NCBI GenBank assembly: GCA_964621165.1
Contig: CAZULC010000011.1
Location: 438 to 64,437, forward strand
Length of the DNA: 64,000 nt
Direction of reading: 5' to 3'
Origin: an uncultured Ruminococcus sp.
GTDB taxonomy: Bacteria; Bacillota; Clostridia; Oscillospirales; CAG-272
Positions 47,937 through 58,319 of the stretch are shown here, piece by piece (within the stretch, counting starts at the first letter, position 1; each line of letters begins with the position of its first letter). The notes beneath the pieces are model-generated. The model saw only the letters and a program-made list of their open reading frames with translations. It searched no databases and had not been told where the DNA came from. A program made the position numbers and the translations under genes.

Positions 47937-48449
47937 ATGGTGGAAGCGTTTGAAGGAATTTACGAGGAATACTTTCCGCGGGTCTATGCTTTCCTGTACA
48001 GAATGTGCGGCAGCGAGGATCTCGCCGAGGAGCTGACCCAGGAGACGTTTTTCCAGGCGTTTCGTACATTTCATAAATTCAGAGGGGACTGCGAGCTGTT
48101 TACGTGGCTTGCGGCCATTGCAAAACACACTTTTTGCGCGTACATACGGAAAAACAGAAAGCAGTCGGACTACATGAACACCGACGCTCTTGTGGACTCG
48201 GTCATGGGACTGGGAGAGGGAGACCCGGAGGCAATCATCCAGCGGGGAGAAATGGGAAAGGCTGTGCGCCGTGCCATTGACGCGATTCCGGACAAGTACC
48301 GGGACGTGGTTCTTCTGCGGATTTACGCCGAGCTTAGCTTTGCCGAAATAGGCGAATCCCTGAAAATAAGCGAGGGGTCGGCGAAGGTGTTGTTTTTCCG
48401 TGCGAAAAAGCTGATACTGGAGGAGTTAAAAAATGAGCATTTCCTGTGA
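47937..48449 (+). CDS. RNA polymerase sigma factor, sigma-70 family (ECF type)
   Basis: 170 aa with region 2 (EDLAEELTQETFFQAF) and region 4 (LSFAEIGESLKISEGSAKVLFFRAKK). Confidence 0.9.
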   Translation: MVEAFEGIYEEYFPRVYAFLYRMCGSEDLAEELTQETFFQAFRTFHKFRGDCELFTWLAAIAKHTFCAYIRKNRKQSDYMNTDALVDSVMGLGEGDPEAIIQRGEMGKAVRRAIDAIPDKYRDVVLLRIYAELSFAEIGESLKISEGSAKVLFFRAKKLILEELKNEHFL

Positions 48450-48780
48450 TATGGTTATAGACCTGATATCCCTTTATCACGACGGTGCGGCGAGTGAGGA
48501 CAGCTGCCGTGCGGTGAGGGAGCATCTTAAGACATGCCCGAGCTGTGCGGCTATCTACCGTCAGTACGAGGCGGAGCTTATGAAATCCCGTCTTGGAGTC
48601 AACGGACGGGTGAAAACTGCCGCTCCGGGGGTTAGTCTGGGCGAGGAGTACAAAAAACTGGCGAAAATTCTACAGAAGAAAAAGCTGACTGACACCCTGT
48701 CGGCTACTCTTCTGACTTCCGCCGCTCTGATTGGAGCTTTAGCTCTGTTCAAAAAGTTCATCGACAGCCCGGACGACTGA
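48433..48780 (+). CDS. anti-sigma factor, zf-HC2 type, single-pass membrane
   Basis: It overlaps the end of the sigma gene. It has the H-x3-C-x2-C motif (EHLKTCPSC) and a C-terminal TM segment. Confidence 0.8.
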   Translation: MSISCDMVIDLISLYHDGAASEDSCRAVREHLKTCPSCAAIYRQYEAELMKSRLGVNGRVKTAAPGVSLGEEYKKLAKILQKKKLTDTLSATLLTSAALIGALALFKKFIDSPDD

Positions 48781-48825
48781 TGACTGACGGCTTTATGTTA
48801 CTGAACGAACCGGAGGAATGGTAAA

Positions 48826-50262
48826 TTGAGCGAAAACGAAAATGAAATAAAAAGTATGTCCGGCGAAAACAAAGAGCAGGGCGGGCGTGAATCCGCACCT
48901 GACTTAAAAGAGGACGGCGGGGACTTATTAAATAATGAAGAAAAAATTTCCGCTGAAAGTGGGGCGGAGGAGACGGATGGATACACCACCGACGAGGACG
49001 ACATAGCGTACGTGGCTGAGAGAATCACCGGAGCACGCCACACGAGAGCCGCAACTGCCGCACCGATCCGGGTACGTGAGCAGGGGGAGACCATGAAGCT
49101 GAACTCCCTCTCGCGCAGGCTTGGAGGAACTGACGCGGCTGAAAAACCCGACATGACCAGCCATGGCGCACGGGAACATAACTCAGACAAAAACGAATCC
49201 GCAAAGAAAAAGAAGCGCGTGTTTTTTGGATATGTCTTCACGGCCGCGGCTGTGGTTGTGCTTTTGTTCGCGCTTGTCGTCGGAGTGAATGTGGCGGCGG
49301 AAAAGAACAGGCCGGCTGACTTCAACATTGGCGAGACCGAGGGGGAGGTCAAAGTAATCGGCGAAGAAGAGCGCTCTCCCGTGAGTCCGGATGAGGAAAC
49401 TGACGCGGAGACGACCGGCGTGAATGATGAAAGTGAAACTGATGTTCGTGAAAGCGAAGGGGAAGAGGGCGTGAATCCGCTGGAGAGTGAGAGTGAAACT
49501 GAGCCGGAGACGACCAAGCCTGTGCCCACCTACAATGTTACCCTTGACTTTTACACCCGTGAGGACATTAACATCGACACGGAAAAGACCACCCTCGGCG
49601 AGCTTCTCGAATACTGCGGCGTGGCTTTGGGCGAGGGAGAGGTTACGTCCATTCCCCTTGACTATACAATTGCGGCCGACACTACAGTTACCATTGATTT
49701 ATACGAGTACGAGACCATTACGGAGACTGAGGAGATTCCCTTTGAGTCCAGCGTTACGGAAACCGACCTGATTCCCCGTGGCGAGCGGAACTACACCCAG
49801 CAGGGAGAAGCGGGAGTTGTGAATAAATATTACACGGCGGAAATTGTGAACGGTGTTGAGCGGAACCGCACCTTTGAATATGAGGAAATTGTAAAATATC
49901 CGGTTGACGCCATTTACGAGGAGGGAGTCGGCGGCGTGGTTGTCGGTTCTGACGGAGTTGAGCACAGCTATTCCATGCGGCGTGTTGTTCCGGCGGCGTA
50001 CTACAGCATAGAGGGGCTTACATATCTCGGAACGATGGCTGACGAGAGCGTGGTTGCGGTGAACAGCGACTATATTCCCCTTGGAACGAAAATGTACGTT
50101 AAGAACGATACATACGATTTCGGTGTGAGAATTGCGTCGGACGTAGGCGGGGGCATAGACGGATACGAGGTAGATATCTGGCTGTCGGACAGCAATCCTC
50201 AGAAGGCGTCTTTCGCCAAAGCAGGCTACCACGACGACATGGAAATATATTATCTCGACTAA
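48826..50262 (+). CDS. YabE-like cell-wall protein (DUF348-G5-3D domains)
   Basis: TTG start. It has an acidic N-terminal region, one TM segment, a DUF348-like segment (YNVTLDFYTREDINID), a G5 domain (YTQQGEAGVVNKYY) and a 3D domain (GTKMYVKNDTYDFGVRIASDVGGGIDGYEVDIW). Confidence 0.8.
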   Translation: MSENENEIKSMSGENKEQGGRESAPDLKEDGGDLLNNEEKISAESGAEETDGYTTDEDDIAYVAERITGARHTRAATAAPIRVREQGETMKLNSLSRRLGGTDAAEKPDMTSHGAREHNSDKNESAKKKKRVFFGYVFTAAAVVVLLFALVVGVNVAAEKNRPADFNIGETEGEVKVIGEEERSPVSPDEETDAETTGVNDESETDVRESEGEEGVNPLESESETEPETTKPVPTYNVTLDFYTREDINIDTEKTTLGELLEYCGVALGEGEVTSIPLDYTIAADTTVTIDLYEYETITETEEIPFESSVTETDLIPRGERNYTQQGEAGVVNKYYTAEIVNGVERNRTFEYEEIVKYPVDAIYEEGVGGVVVGSDGVEHSYSMRRVVPAAYYSIEGLTYLGTMADESVVAVNSDYIPLGTKMYVKNDTYDFGVRIASDVGGGIDGYEVDIWLSDSNPQKASFAKAGYHDDMEIYYLD

Positions 50263-50496
50263 AAAGACTGATTAAGACTGAAAAAATTGCTTCGGCTGGA
50301 TATTATTTCTTCTACCGGAGTTTTTTTTCGGTATAAAATTAAAATTTTTATAAATATAGTGATTTCTGCATTTTTTTGTTCATAATTTCCAAAAAAAAGT
50401 TGAGCATAGTTTTTTTATACGACGAATAGGATATTGTAAATTACGGTATAAAATACAGGCAAAATAAAAATTAACAAAATAACCATACAAAGTTTC

Positions 50497-50525
50497 TTGA
50501 CATTACTGTTAAACTGTAGTATCAT
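50497..50525 (+). promoter_or_regulatory. sigma70 promoter TTGACA-17-TATCAT
   Basis: TTGACA at 50497-50502 and TATCAT at 50520-50525, upstream of the MarR gene. Confidence 0.55.
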
Positions 50526-50588
50526 AAATCATGTTACTTACAATTATATTCTGTCAATCTTAAATCGATAAAAAAGGTAACTGGAATT

Positions 50589-51065
50589 ATGAACTCTAAC
50601 CAAAGCGACATTTTACAGGGTTTCTTTTTGCGTTCGACGCTGAGGCTCATGCAGCTTGAGGAAGCTACACTAAAACGTATCTGCGGTGATGATTTATCCC
50701 TGAAGGAGCTGCACGTTATAGAAGCGGTGTCGAGTCTGACCCGGGAAGACGGCAACACAATGACGAGGTTGTCCCGGTATTTACATATTTCTCCCGCGTC
50801 TGTTACCACATCAGTCAGCGCACTTGTACGGAAGGGCTACATGGAGCGTTCTTTTTCCGATTCGGACAGGCGCAACATACATGCCCGTCTTACAGAGAAG
50901 GGAGAAAAAGCATGCGGGCTTTACATTGATTTCATAAGAAGCATGGTGAGTGACTGCTGCGGCAGCTTAAGCGAAGGTGAGTGTGACGCTTTCATCAACG
51001 CTTCGGTCGGCCTACTCGACTATCTCACCGAAAAAAGCAAAGCGCTTATCCCGGCAAAGGATTAG
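50589..51065 (+). CDS. MarR-family transcriptional regulator
   Basis: 158 aa. It has a winged-HTH region (MTRLSRYLHISPASVTTSVSALVRKGYMERSFSDSDRRN). Confidence 0.85.
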   Translation: MNSNQSDILQGFFLRSTLRLMQLEEATLKRICGDDLSLKELHVIEAVSSLTREDGNTMTRLSRYLHISPASVTTSVSALVRKGYMERSFSDSDRRNIHARLTEKGEKACGLYIDFIRSMVSDCCGSLSEGECDAFINASVGLLDYLTEKSKALIPAKD

Positions 51066-51167
51066 TACGTTTTTTCCGAAAGCCGTTTATTCCCGCGTCA
51101 CAGGTGCCTGCCAGAAAAAGGATATAAAAAATCCGAAAAAAAATCTGAGAAAAATGCTTCAAACCCC

Positions 51168-51196
51168 TTGCAAAATCCGGGAGGATATGGTATACT
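51168..51196 (+). promoter_or_regulatory. sigma70 promoter TTGCAA-17-TATACT for tRNA-Val
   Basis: TTGCAA at 51168-51173 and TATACT at 51191-51196. The tRNA begins about 10 nt downstream. Confidence 0.6.
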
Positions 51197-51205
51197 AAGG
51201 GCAAT

Positions 51206-51279
51206 GGAGGCATAGCTCAGCTGGTTAGAGTACTTGCTTGACATGCAAGGGGTCACTGGTTCAATTCCAGTTGTCTCCA
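51206..51279 (+). tRNA. tRNA-Val (anticodon GAC)
   Basis: Cloverleaf folded by hand. Acceptor GGAGGCA/TGTCTCC (one G.U pair), anticodon stem CTTGC/GCAAG with loop TTGACAT, T arm ACTGG-TTCAATT-CCAGT. Confidence 0.9.
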
Positions 51280-51784
51280 CTTTGGAGCATCGGCGGGTGA
51301 GCATGGTTCGGACTGGTGAGTATGGTTCGCCTGAAGTTCAGCTGTGGAGCAGTTCCACGACCCGGCTTCACGGATATGGAATCGTTTTCACTTCAGCTAA
51401 AGGTGGCAGAAGAGTGGCAGTGGGTAGTCCCGGAAGCTACGAGCTGAACAACAGTGGCGGTCACGAAATTTACAGGGGCGGTCACATGGTCGGAAGACGG
51501 CAGCGGATTCTTTTTTCGGCTTGATGGCATGGTTTTTCGCGGCGGAAGAACAGCTCACACAATTCTGACGATATTGTTTATGTGTCTTTTCTTCGGCTTG
51601 TTTGAAGCAGTCGTTGTGCGGTTTGAATTTTACGTTTATCTGAAAATTGTGTTATCCGGACTTATATCATGCGCAGGTATAGGTTCGGATATTTTACGTC
51701 AAAAAATCGGGCGGCAGGTCAGATCAGGCTATGCCGCTCGGTTTTGTTTATATTGTTTTGATTATGGAGATAATTTGTCCGGAG

Positions 51785-53011
51785 TTATCTTTTCAGCTTG
51801 GCCGTCAGCTTGTCCGGCACGGTTGACTCAAAGGGAAGAGGGTCCTTATCCGCGGCTCTGAGGAAAATCTCCGCGAATCTCACGGTTTTTTCGATTGCCT
51901 TTCCGGTCAGGGGGAGCATGGTGTCGTTTCTCGAGTGGATATCAGCTTCACCGTAGCGGTAGAAGTTCATCGCGGCCACTCCTTTACCGGCGAAGACATT
52001 GCAGTCGCTTGAGGCAATATCCTGCTCCAGCTTGAATGAAGTATGGCTCTGCTTGGCAGTTTCACTGATGAAGTCCACAAGGGAGTCCTCGCCGATGACC
52101 TGCGCACCGTCGTATCCAACCGCGCAACCGACAAGATCGAAGTTGAGGTTGAACTTCGTCTTTGATATGATATCCGCGCTGTCCCTGACGAAGGCCCGGC
52201 TTCCCTGCAGACCTCTCTCCTCGGCACAGCACCACAGGAAAATCATGGAACGCATGGGTTTGTTTTCCATAAACCGGCGGTACAGCTCAAGAAGAACCGC
52301 ACAGGCTGCCGCATTGTCGTAAGCTCCTTCACCCACGTCCACGCTGTCGTAGTGTGCGGTGATGATGACGTACTTGTCAGAGATGGAGGTTCCGGGAATG
52401 ACTGAGATGAGGTTATCGCACTCTACTGTTGTCCCATGCTGCTTAAGCGTACACCTTACCCGGGACGCGCCCTTTTCCACCATTTCAACCCCATGGCTGA
52501 GCTGATGATGAATCCGGAAATGACTCCGTTTTCCTTCATTATTAGGGCTGAGTCTGCGGGAAGGGAAGTCCACGTCGGAGCTGTTCATCCAGCTTTTTCC
52601 GGCCAAGGTGACAAAGGCTGACGCTCCCGACTTCACGGCTCCTTCATACTGGGGCGGCGTGAGTCCGTTTATCATGACAAGCCTGCCGCATGGGTCACAG
52701 CCGGATTCTTTCGCCTGTTAGATGTCGAAGTCCGACGCTTTTTCGATGTATGAAAAGTCAAGCTCGCTGTCGATGTCTCCGGAAAGGCCAACACCTGCCG
52801 CAGAATAATCCTTGTGGTACGGCGCGGTTACGGCTAAGCTGACTTCATCCACAGCAAAGTAGTCGAACGTGAACTTTTGACGCTGCACTTCTCCACCGAA
52901 GTAGTTGACCTCACCCTCGATCATGTCGGCCGCGTGTCCGAACTCTTCTGACCCAGCCAGACGGGTGAAGCTGAGCCGCTTTGTAATATTGTAGAGATAT
53001 TCTTCCGTCAT
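51785..53011 (-). pseudogene. M28-family aminopeptidase, disrupted by a single in-frame TAA
   Basis: ORFs 52718..53011 and 51785..52675 are in the same frame. …SDFDI*QAKESGCDPCGRLVMINGL… reads through the TAA at 52718-52720. The metal-binding motifs HYDSV, DNAAA and EERGLQGS are retained. Confidence 0.85.
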
Positions 53012-53114
53012 TTTTCCTCCAAAAAGGGAAGCGGTCGCCCAAACTTCCCCTTAGTGTCATGTGGAATTGTAAAATTATTGTGTCAAAAATAGCACAAATT
53101 GTTTCCGGCGGGCA

Positions 53115-54023
53115 TTAAGGAGCTATTCTTCCGTCTTTCGTCCAGCCGATCTTTGCGAGCTTATCCGCGATTTCAGCCTTTTCCGAGTCAGTGTAGCTTC
53201 TCATGGGGAATGTTGCCTCGCCGACGGGCTGTCCCATGAGGGAGAGGGTGTGCTTCACCGCTGGGATTACCTGGTAGTCGATCATCAGCCCGATTACGCG
53301 GTTTATCGCTATCTGTACAGATCTTGCCTCGTCGGTCCTGCCTTCACGGAACAGGCTGTAGAGCTTCAGGTATTCCGGCAGCATAACGTTGTAGGTTGAG
53401 CCGATTCCGGCGTCCGCACCTACCGCAAGTCCGCTGACCAGCATTTCGTCGGGACCGTTTATGATGTTCATCTCGCCGTGGGTCAGGTCCTTGAGCTTTA
53501 TCATCTCGTAGTAGTTGGACGAGCTCCACTTCACGCCGGTCACGTTGTCGATTTCAAAAATGCGGGCAATCAGCTTGGCTCTCATGCACTGTGCGGCTGA
53601 GGGGTGGAAGTACACCACAACCGGAATGTTCACAGCCCGCGCGAGAGACTTGTAGTAGTTGTAAATGTCGTCCTCGCCGTAGGAGAAGAAGAACGGCGGC
53701 ACCGATGCAATGGCGTCAGCTCCAGCTTTTTCGGCGTGTACTGCCAGTTCCCGTGCCTCGGGGAAGCTCAGTGAAGCCACATGGCAGACAACGGGCTTTT
53801 TGTGACCCACGGCTTCGACCACAGCCTCGCAGAGTCGCTCTCTTTCCTTTACTTCCAGTGCCAGACCCTCTCCGGTTGCGCCCAAAATGTAGAGTCCGTT
53901 GGCGCCCGAGTCGATTTCGTGACGTGCAAGACGGACAGCGGCGTCCCAGTCAACGGTTGATCGGTCCTTTTCAAGCGGTGTGACAAAGGCGGGGATGATT
54001 CCCTCAAGTTTTAAGCCTTTCAT
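53115..54023 (-). CDS. DapA-family aldolase, N-acetylneuraminate-lyase-like
   Basis: The start at MKGLKLEG has a GGAGG RBS. It has GATGEG, a Schiff-base Lys context TGVKWS, and GADAGIGSTYN, which closely matches the NanA GADGGIGSTYN block as I recall it. Confidence 0.8.
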   Translation of the reverse strand: MKGLKLEGIIPAFVTPLEKDRSTVDWDAAVRLARHEIDSGANGLYILGATGEGLALEVKERERLCEAVVEAVGHKKPVVCHVASLSFPEARELAVHAEKAGADAIASVPPFFFSYGEDDIYNYYKSLARAVNIPVVVYFHPSAAQCMRAKLIARIFEIDNVTGVKWSSSNYYEMIKLKDLTHGEMNIINGPDEMLVSGLAVGADAGIGSTYNVMLPEYLKLYSLFREGRTDEARSVQIAINRVIGLMIDYQVIPAVKHTLSLMGQPVGEATFPMRSYTDSEKAEIADKLAKIGWTKDGRIAP

Positions 54024-54303
54024 AATAACCTCCATTTGCCGTATAGCGGCGTATAATCAAAGGGAATTCTTCTGCGTGAAATAATTTTTACCGCACGTTT
54101 GGACATACGATATATTTCACACTGAACTTCGATAAATCTGATTTGTATTTCACTAAAGATATTATACAAAGCATCACGGGATTTGTCAACAGCTTTGGTG
54201 AAACTTGACGGAAAAACTTTGATTTGATATTGCCCATGCGGTATGTTATAATGTAGGAAAGTCATGGAAAATCAATTTTTTATATTTTTAAGGAGTCCCC
54301 ATC

Positions 54304-55380
54304 ATGCCAAAGAAAAATCATGCGCCTGAGCTAGACTACTTTAACGCTGCCGCCTGCTTGCTTGTCATTCTCATTCATGTTGCGTCGGAGAGTGTTTCCG
54401 CGGCTTCCCCTATGTCATGGCAGGGCGGAGTGGTGTTCTTTCTCTGGAAAATACCGGCGTTTGTGGTTCCGGCGTTCCTCTTCGCGGGTGCTGTGAAGGT
54501 CTCTCTCAACATGCCGGACAGGCTTACCTTTGGCGGATATCTTCGCTACATGCGCGGGAGGGTATTACGGATTTATCTTCCTTATATTATATGGAACCTG
54601 ATTTATTACGCTGTGTTTCTGAAAATCGGCTATGTCAAAGGCTCATTGGACGAGCTTGTTCGGTATATTCTTGTGGGAAACATGTCCGCCCCGTTTTATT
54701 ACGTCGTCATCACCATGCAGTTCTATCTTCTTCTGCCCCTGTGGAAGCTGATTCTCGACAAAATTTCCCCTCTGACGGCTGTCCCGTGCGCGCTTTTCGT
54801 AACTTACGCTTCCTTCAATGGCGACAGGTTCATCTCACAGCTGATTCCCGGATTTGCTTACTCGTCGCGCATGTTTTACTCCTACCTGATTTTCTGGGTC
54901 ATGGGGTTGTACAGCGGACGGAACTGGAAAAAATTTACATGCGAAGTGGAAAAGAACGGCCGGTCAGGGGCGGTCATATCGGCGGTTTTCATTGCGGCTC
55001 ACGCTACTCTCGCTTATTTGCAGCAGGACTTCGGGATGTACCTCTTCGATCTGCGCTTTTTCAAGACCATCGCTGACGTGCTGTCAATTTTCCTCCTGCT
55101 TGAGCTGTGCCTTAAAATTAAAAAATCCGCTGAATCGGGAAAAATCGGCGCAAAACTGACTCCGGTGCTTGAGAAAATCCACTCCGCGTCATTTTTCGTC
55201 TACCTGTCCCACGCTCTGATTCTGATGCTGACGGGAATCGCCCTCGACAAAGCGGGAGTGACGGAGCTGACCCTTCGCTTGTCCGTTGAAGCAGCCGCCG
55301 GATTCACCCTTCCGTTTATCCTGTACTTCTGCGTCGGATGGGTGAAAACTGTAGTTAAGAGCAAAAATAAAGGGCCGTGA
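54304..55380 (+). CDS. acyltransferase family 3 membrane protein
   Basis: 358 aa and about 10 TM segments. The N-terminal motif LDYFNAAACLLVILIHV is typical of acyltransferase_3. Confidence 0.8.
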   Translation: MPKKNHAPELDYFNAAACLLVILIHVASESVSAASPMSWQGGVVFFLWKIPAFVVPAFLFAGAVKVSLNMPDRLTFGGYLRYMRGRVLRIYLPYIIWNLIYYAVFLKIGYVKGSLDELVRYILVGNMSAPFYYVVITMQFYLLLPLWKLILDKISPLTAVPCALFVTYASFNGDRFISQLIPGFAYSSRMFYSYLIFWVMGLYSGRNWKKFTCEVEKNGRSGAVISAVFIAAHATLAYLQQDFGMYLFDLRFFKTIADVLSIFLLLELCLKIKKSAESGKIGAKLTPVLEKIHSASFFVYLSHALILMLTGIALDKAGVTELTLRLSVEAAAGFTLPFILYFCVGWVKTVVKSKNKGP

Positions 55381-55490
55381 GGGCTATATTCCGTTTATTT
55401 TGTGAATTGACAGAAAAAGAAAATTATGCTATTATTAATTCAGATGGGCTGTTTTTCAGCTTAACTTTATACATAAGTGGTAATTCTATT

Positions 55491-56285
55491 ATGGATATGT
55501 TTGAATATTACGGACTGTTCCGTGAAGAGCATGGAGCTGACCGTCTGCAGATTGCCGAGAGCCGGATTATCGAGCATCTTTTTGACAAATACCTTCCGGC
55601 TGAGGGAAGAGTCATTGATACCGCCGCCGGTACGGGAACTTTTGCCTTCCGCTTTGCCGAGCTGGGATATAAGGTAACGGCCGGGGACCTGCTTGAGGAA
55701 CATGTGGCGGAAATACGCTCAAATCCCAAGTGCGCCCTCCTCGAGAATACCTACTGCGCAAGCCCGAAAAACCTCGTACAGTTCGAGAGCGAATCCTTTG
55801 ATATCCTAGTCTCGATGGGTCCGGTTTACCACATGAAGACCAGACAGGAGCGTGAGAGCTTCCTCAAGGAGTCCCTGCGCGTGCTCAAGCCAGAAGGCTA
55901 CATAGCGTTCACTTTCATGACTCCCACTGCCATGACTCTGGGTCAGTACTTCAAGGCAATGCGTACCTCCGACACACTCGACCGTCTCAAGGCTTACCGT
56001 ACTCTCGCGCAGGTGCAGAAAACCGGAAGCGTGGGCATGTTCAGCGCGTCAACTCTCGAGGAAATGACGGAAATGTCAAGAGAATACAGCGTCGATATAC
56101 TGACGATTGCCTCGACCTACAGTCTGCTCTACAACATGGTCGATGAGGTTAACAAAATGAGCGATGATGAGTTCGAGCGTTTCCTTCTCGCTCAGTACGC
56201 CACCGCTGAGGACCCCTTTGTTGCGCGTTTCTGCATGCGCGGGTTATACATCGGACGGAAGAAGCAGAGAGACATGTTCGACTGA
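55491..56285 (+). CDS. class I SAM-dependent methyltransferase
   Basis: The ATG at 55491 is chosen as the start. Motif I is VIDTAAGTGTFAFRFAELG, followed by an acidic post-I residue (GDL). Confidence 0.8.
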   Translation: MDMFEYYGLFREEHGADRLQIAESRIIEHLFDKYLPAEGRVIDTAAGTGTFAFRFAELGYKVTAGDLLEEHVAEIRSNPKCALLENTYCASPKNLVQFESESFDILVSMGPVYHMKTRQERESFLKESLRVLKPEGYIAFTFMTPTAMTLGQYFKAMRTSDTLDRLKAYRTLAQVQKTGSVGMFSASTLEEMTEMSREYSVDILTIASTYSLLYNMVDEVNKMSDDEFERFLLAQYATAEDPFVARFCMRGLYIGRKKQRDMFD

Positions 56286-56329
56286 TGAGTATTTTGTAAA
56301 AATTTAGAATAACCGGAAAAATTATCAAA

Positions 56330-56356
56330 GCGGCGGAACTTTCTGCCGTTTTTTTG
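56330..56356 (+). terminator. rho-independent terminator candidate
   Basis: GCGGCGG-aactttc-TGCCGT hairpin followed by T7. Confidence 0.55.
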
Positions 56357-56401
56357 TCTTATTAAGTAAAGCGCATTATGTATTTTTAATGGGGGTTTGT
56401 T

Positions 56402-58281
56402 ATGAAAAAGCTGATTACAGCATTGTTCGCGGCGGCTCTGCTGCTGATTCTGCCGGGGTGCGGGACGGACGAAAATCCCGCAGGAGACGAAAAGTCACCT
56501 CCCATGGTGGAAAACAGCCCAATACAGTACAGCCCCGACGACATTCCCGACGGCGCGGAATACCTTACCATATGCAGGACCAAAAGCGGCGGTACATACA
56601 AAATCAAGTCCGATGAGAATACGCAAAGGTTTTACTCGGATGAGCTTGAAGACGCCTGCTATTACATCTCCCGCGGAGAGAATCCGGAACTTCTGACCGG
56701 CACATCCGAGGGAGAGCTTGTGTTTGACGACAACGGACTTCTGCTGGTGTATTCAGACGGAAGAACGGCTGAGCTGCCATTTGATTCGGAAAAGCTCGAC
56801 GGTGCGTGGACTTAACGGGATGAAATCAAAGATGAAGTAACCGGCGTCCTGCTGATGGAAGTACCGGACGAAAACGACGTGGAAAAAGAGTACTACTACA
56901 GCGTATTCGCCGACAAAATCACCTATTAAACCGCTCCTGACAAAATCTTCGGCTACAGAAACTGTTCATACAATAGGATTGTTCTCGTGACAAAGGGAAA
57001 ATGGAATCCCCAGTCCACTCTTGTATTGGCCGGAAATGACGGCAGCGTGTAGCACACCTTTGAAGGAATCGCAGAAATTGTGGGAAACAATAGTGAAATG
57101 TACTACACATTGATAACCAAAGGTTTCGACAGCTGGATTTTCGACGAGCTGTACAATTCGGATTTCGAAAAAATTGTGGATTCCGACAGACGTTTTCTCA
57201 CCCCTTCCGTCACATCCGATGGGTATGCCGTACTTGTCGAGGACGTGTATTTTGACATCGAGACCGGCGTCACTGACTACACGAAAACTTATACTGTTGT
57301 AGACAAAAGCGGAAATACGGTTTACTCCAGTCCCATTTATTCCATCGTTCTCGGCGGAGTTGACGACGGGGTTTACGTCCACGACGGGAAAGACATCAAC
57401 CTCATCACATGGGATGGCGGATTTGTGTATAAACTTGTCAAGGTGGGCGAACGTGACTCTGCCAAATACGGTTATCAGCCCTGCGGAAGATTTGAACGCG
57501 GCGAATTCTACCCCGGTGATTATGATGAGTCATACAGGTACTACAAAAATAAAGGCAAAGCTGAAAAGCCAAAACATGCCTACAATAAAGGCTGGGATGG
57601 CGTTGACGGCGGGATTTACATGACGATTACGAAAGCAGGTGAGGCCGCTGGAATTCCCGGAGACTCGGCTTAGTACGTCTACATGCCCGACAGCGGAAAA
57701 AGCGGCGTTGTTGCCAGCGAGCACATGAAATACTGCAAGCCCGTGCTGTACCTCTATCCCGAGAACGTGTGCGAAATCAACGTAACCTTCGCCCATCCCG
57801 AGCGGCTGAAAACAGTCTACCCCGCGTACGACAGCACAACAGGCTGGAACGTCACCGCCAAGCCCGACGGAACTTTGGCTGACTCAGACGGACGAAACTA
57901 CTACGCCCTCTACTGGACGAAAACGGCGCGGTCATCCCGGACTGGAGCGAGGGATTTTCGATAAAACGGGATGAAGCTGCAGAATTCCTCGAAGAAAAGC
58001 TTGAGCAAATCGGCTTGACATGGCGGGTGGCGGACGAGTTCATCATGTACTGGCTGCCGTACTTTGAGAAAAACGAATACACGCAGGTCTGGTTCGAGTT
58101 CACCGACTCACGGGAGACCGAAAACAAGCTCACCATAACCCTCGAGCCGGATTCGCTTCTGCGTTTCGCGATTCACCTGAAAGGTGCGGATTCCGACGTT
58201 GACTTGCCTGAGCAGAAAATCCCCACGTTCGAGCTGTCCGGATTCACAGCCGTCGAGTGGAACGAAGTTTATCACGAATAA
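56402..58281 (+). pseudogene. large lipoprotein (family with C-terminal KPVLYLYPE domain), disrupted; paralog L1
   Basis: Lipobox LPGC. A single frame stays otherwise open from 56402 to 57964, interrupted by four in-frame stops: TAA 56813-15, TAA 56927-29, TAG 57050-52 and TAG 57671-73. A frameshift near 57915 joins ...YYALYW to DENGAVIPDWSEGF..., ending at 58281. Confidence 0.8.
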
Positions 58282-58319
58282 AAATCATATCATATTGATA
58301 TTTTACAAGAAAAACAGTA

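Noticed and set aside
51454-51861. A 135-aa ORF downstream of tRNA-Val as a small membrane protein gene.
   Set aside because: It has no RBS, it overlaps the 3' end of the convergent peptidase pseudogene, and it has mixed composition. It could hide a short real ORF starting near 51529, but support is insufficient.
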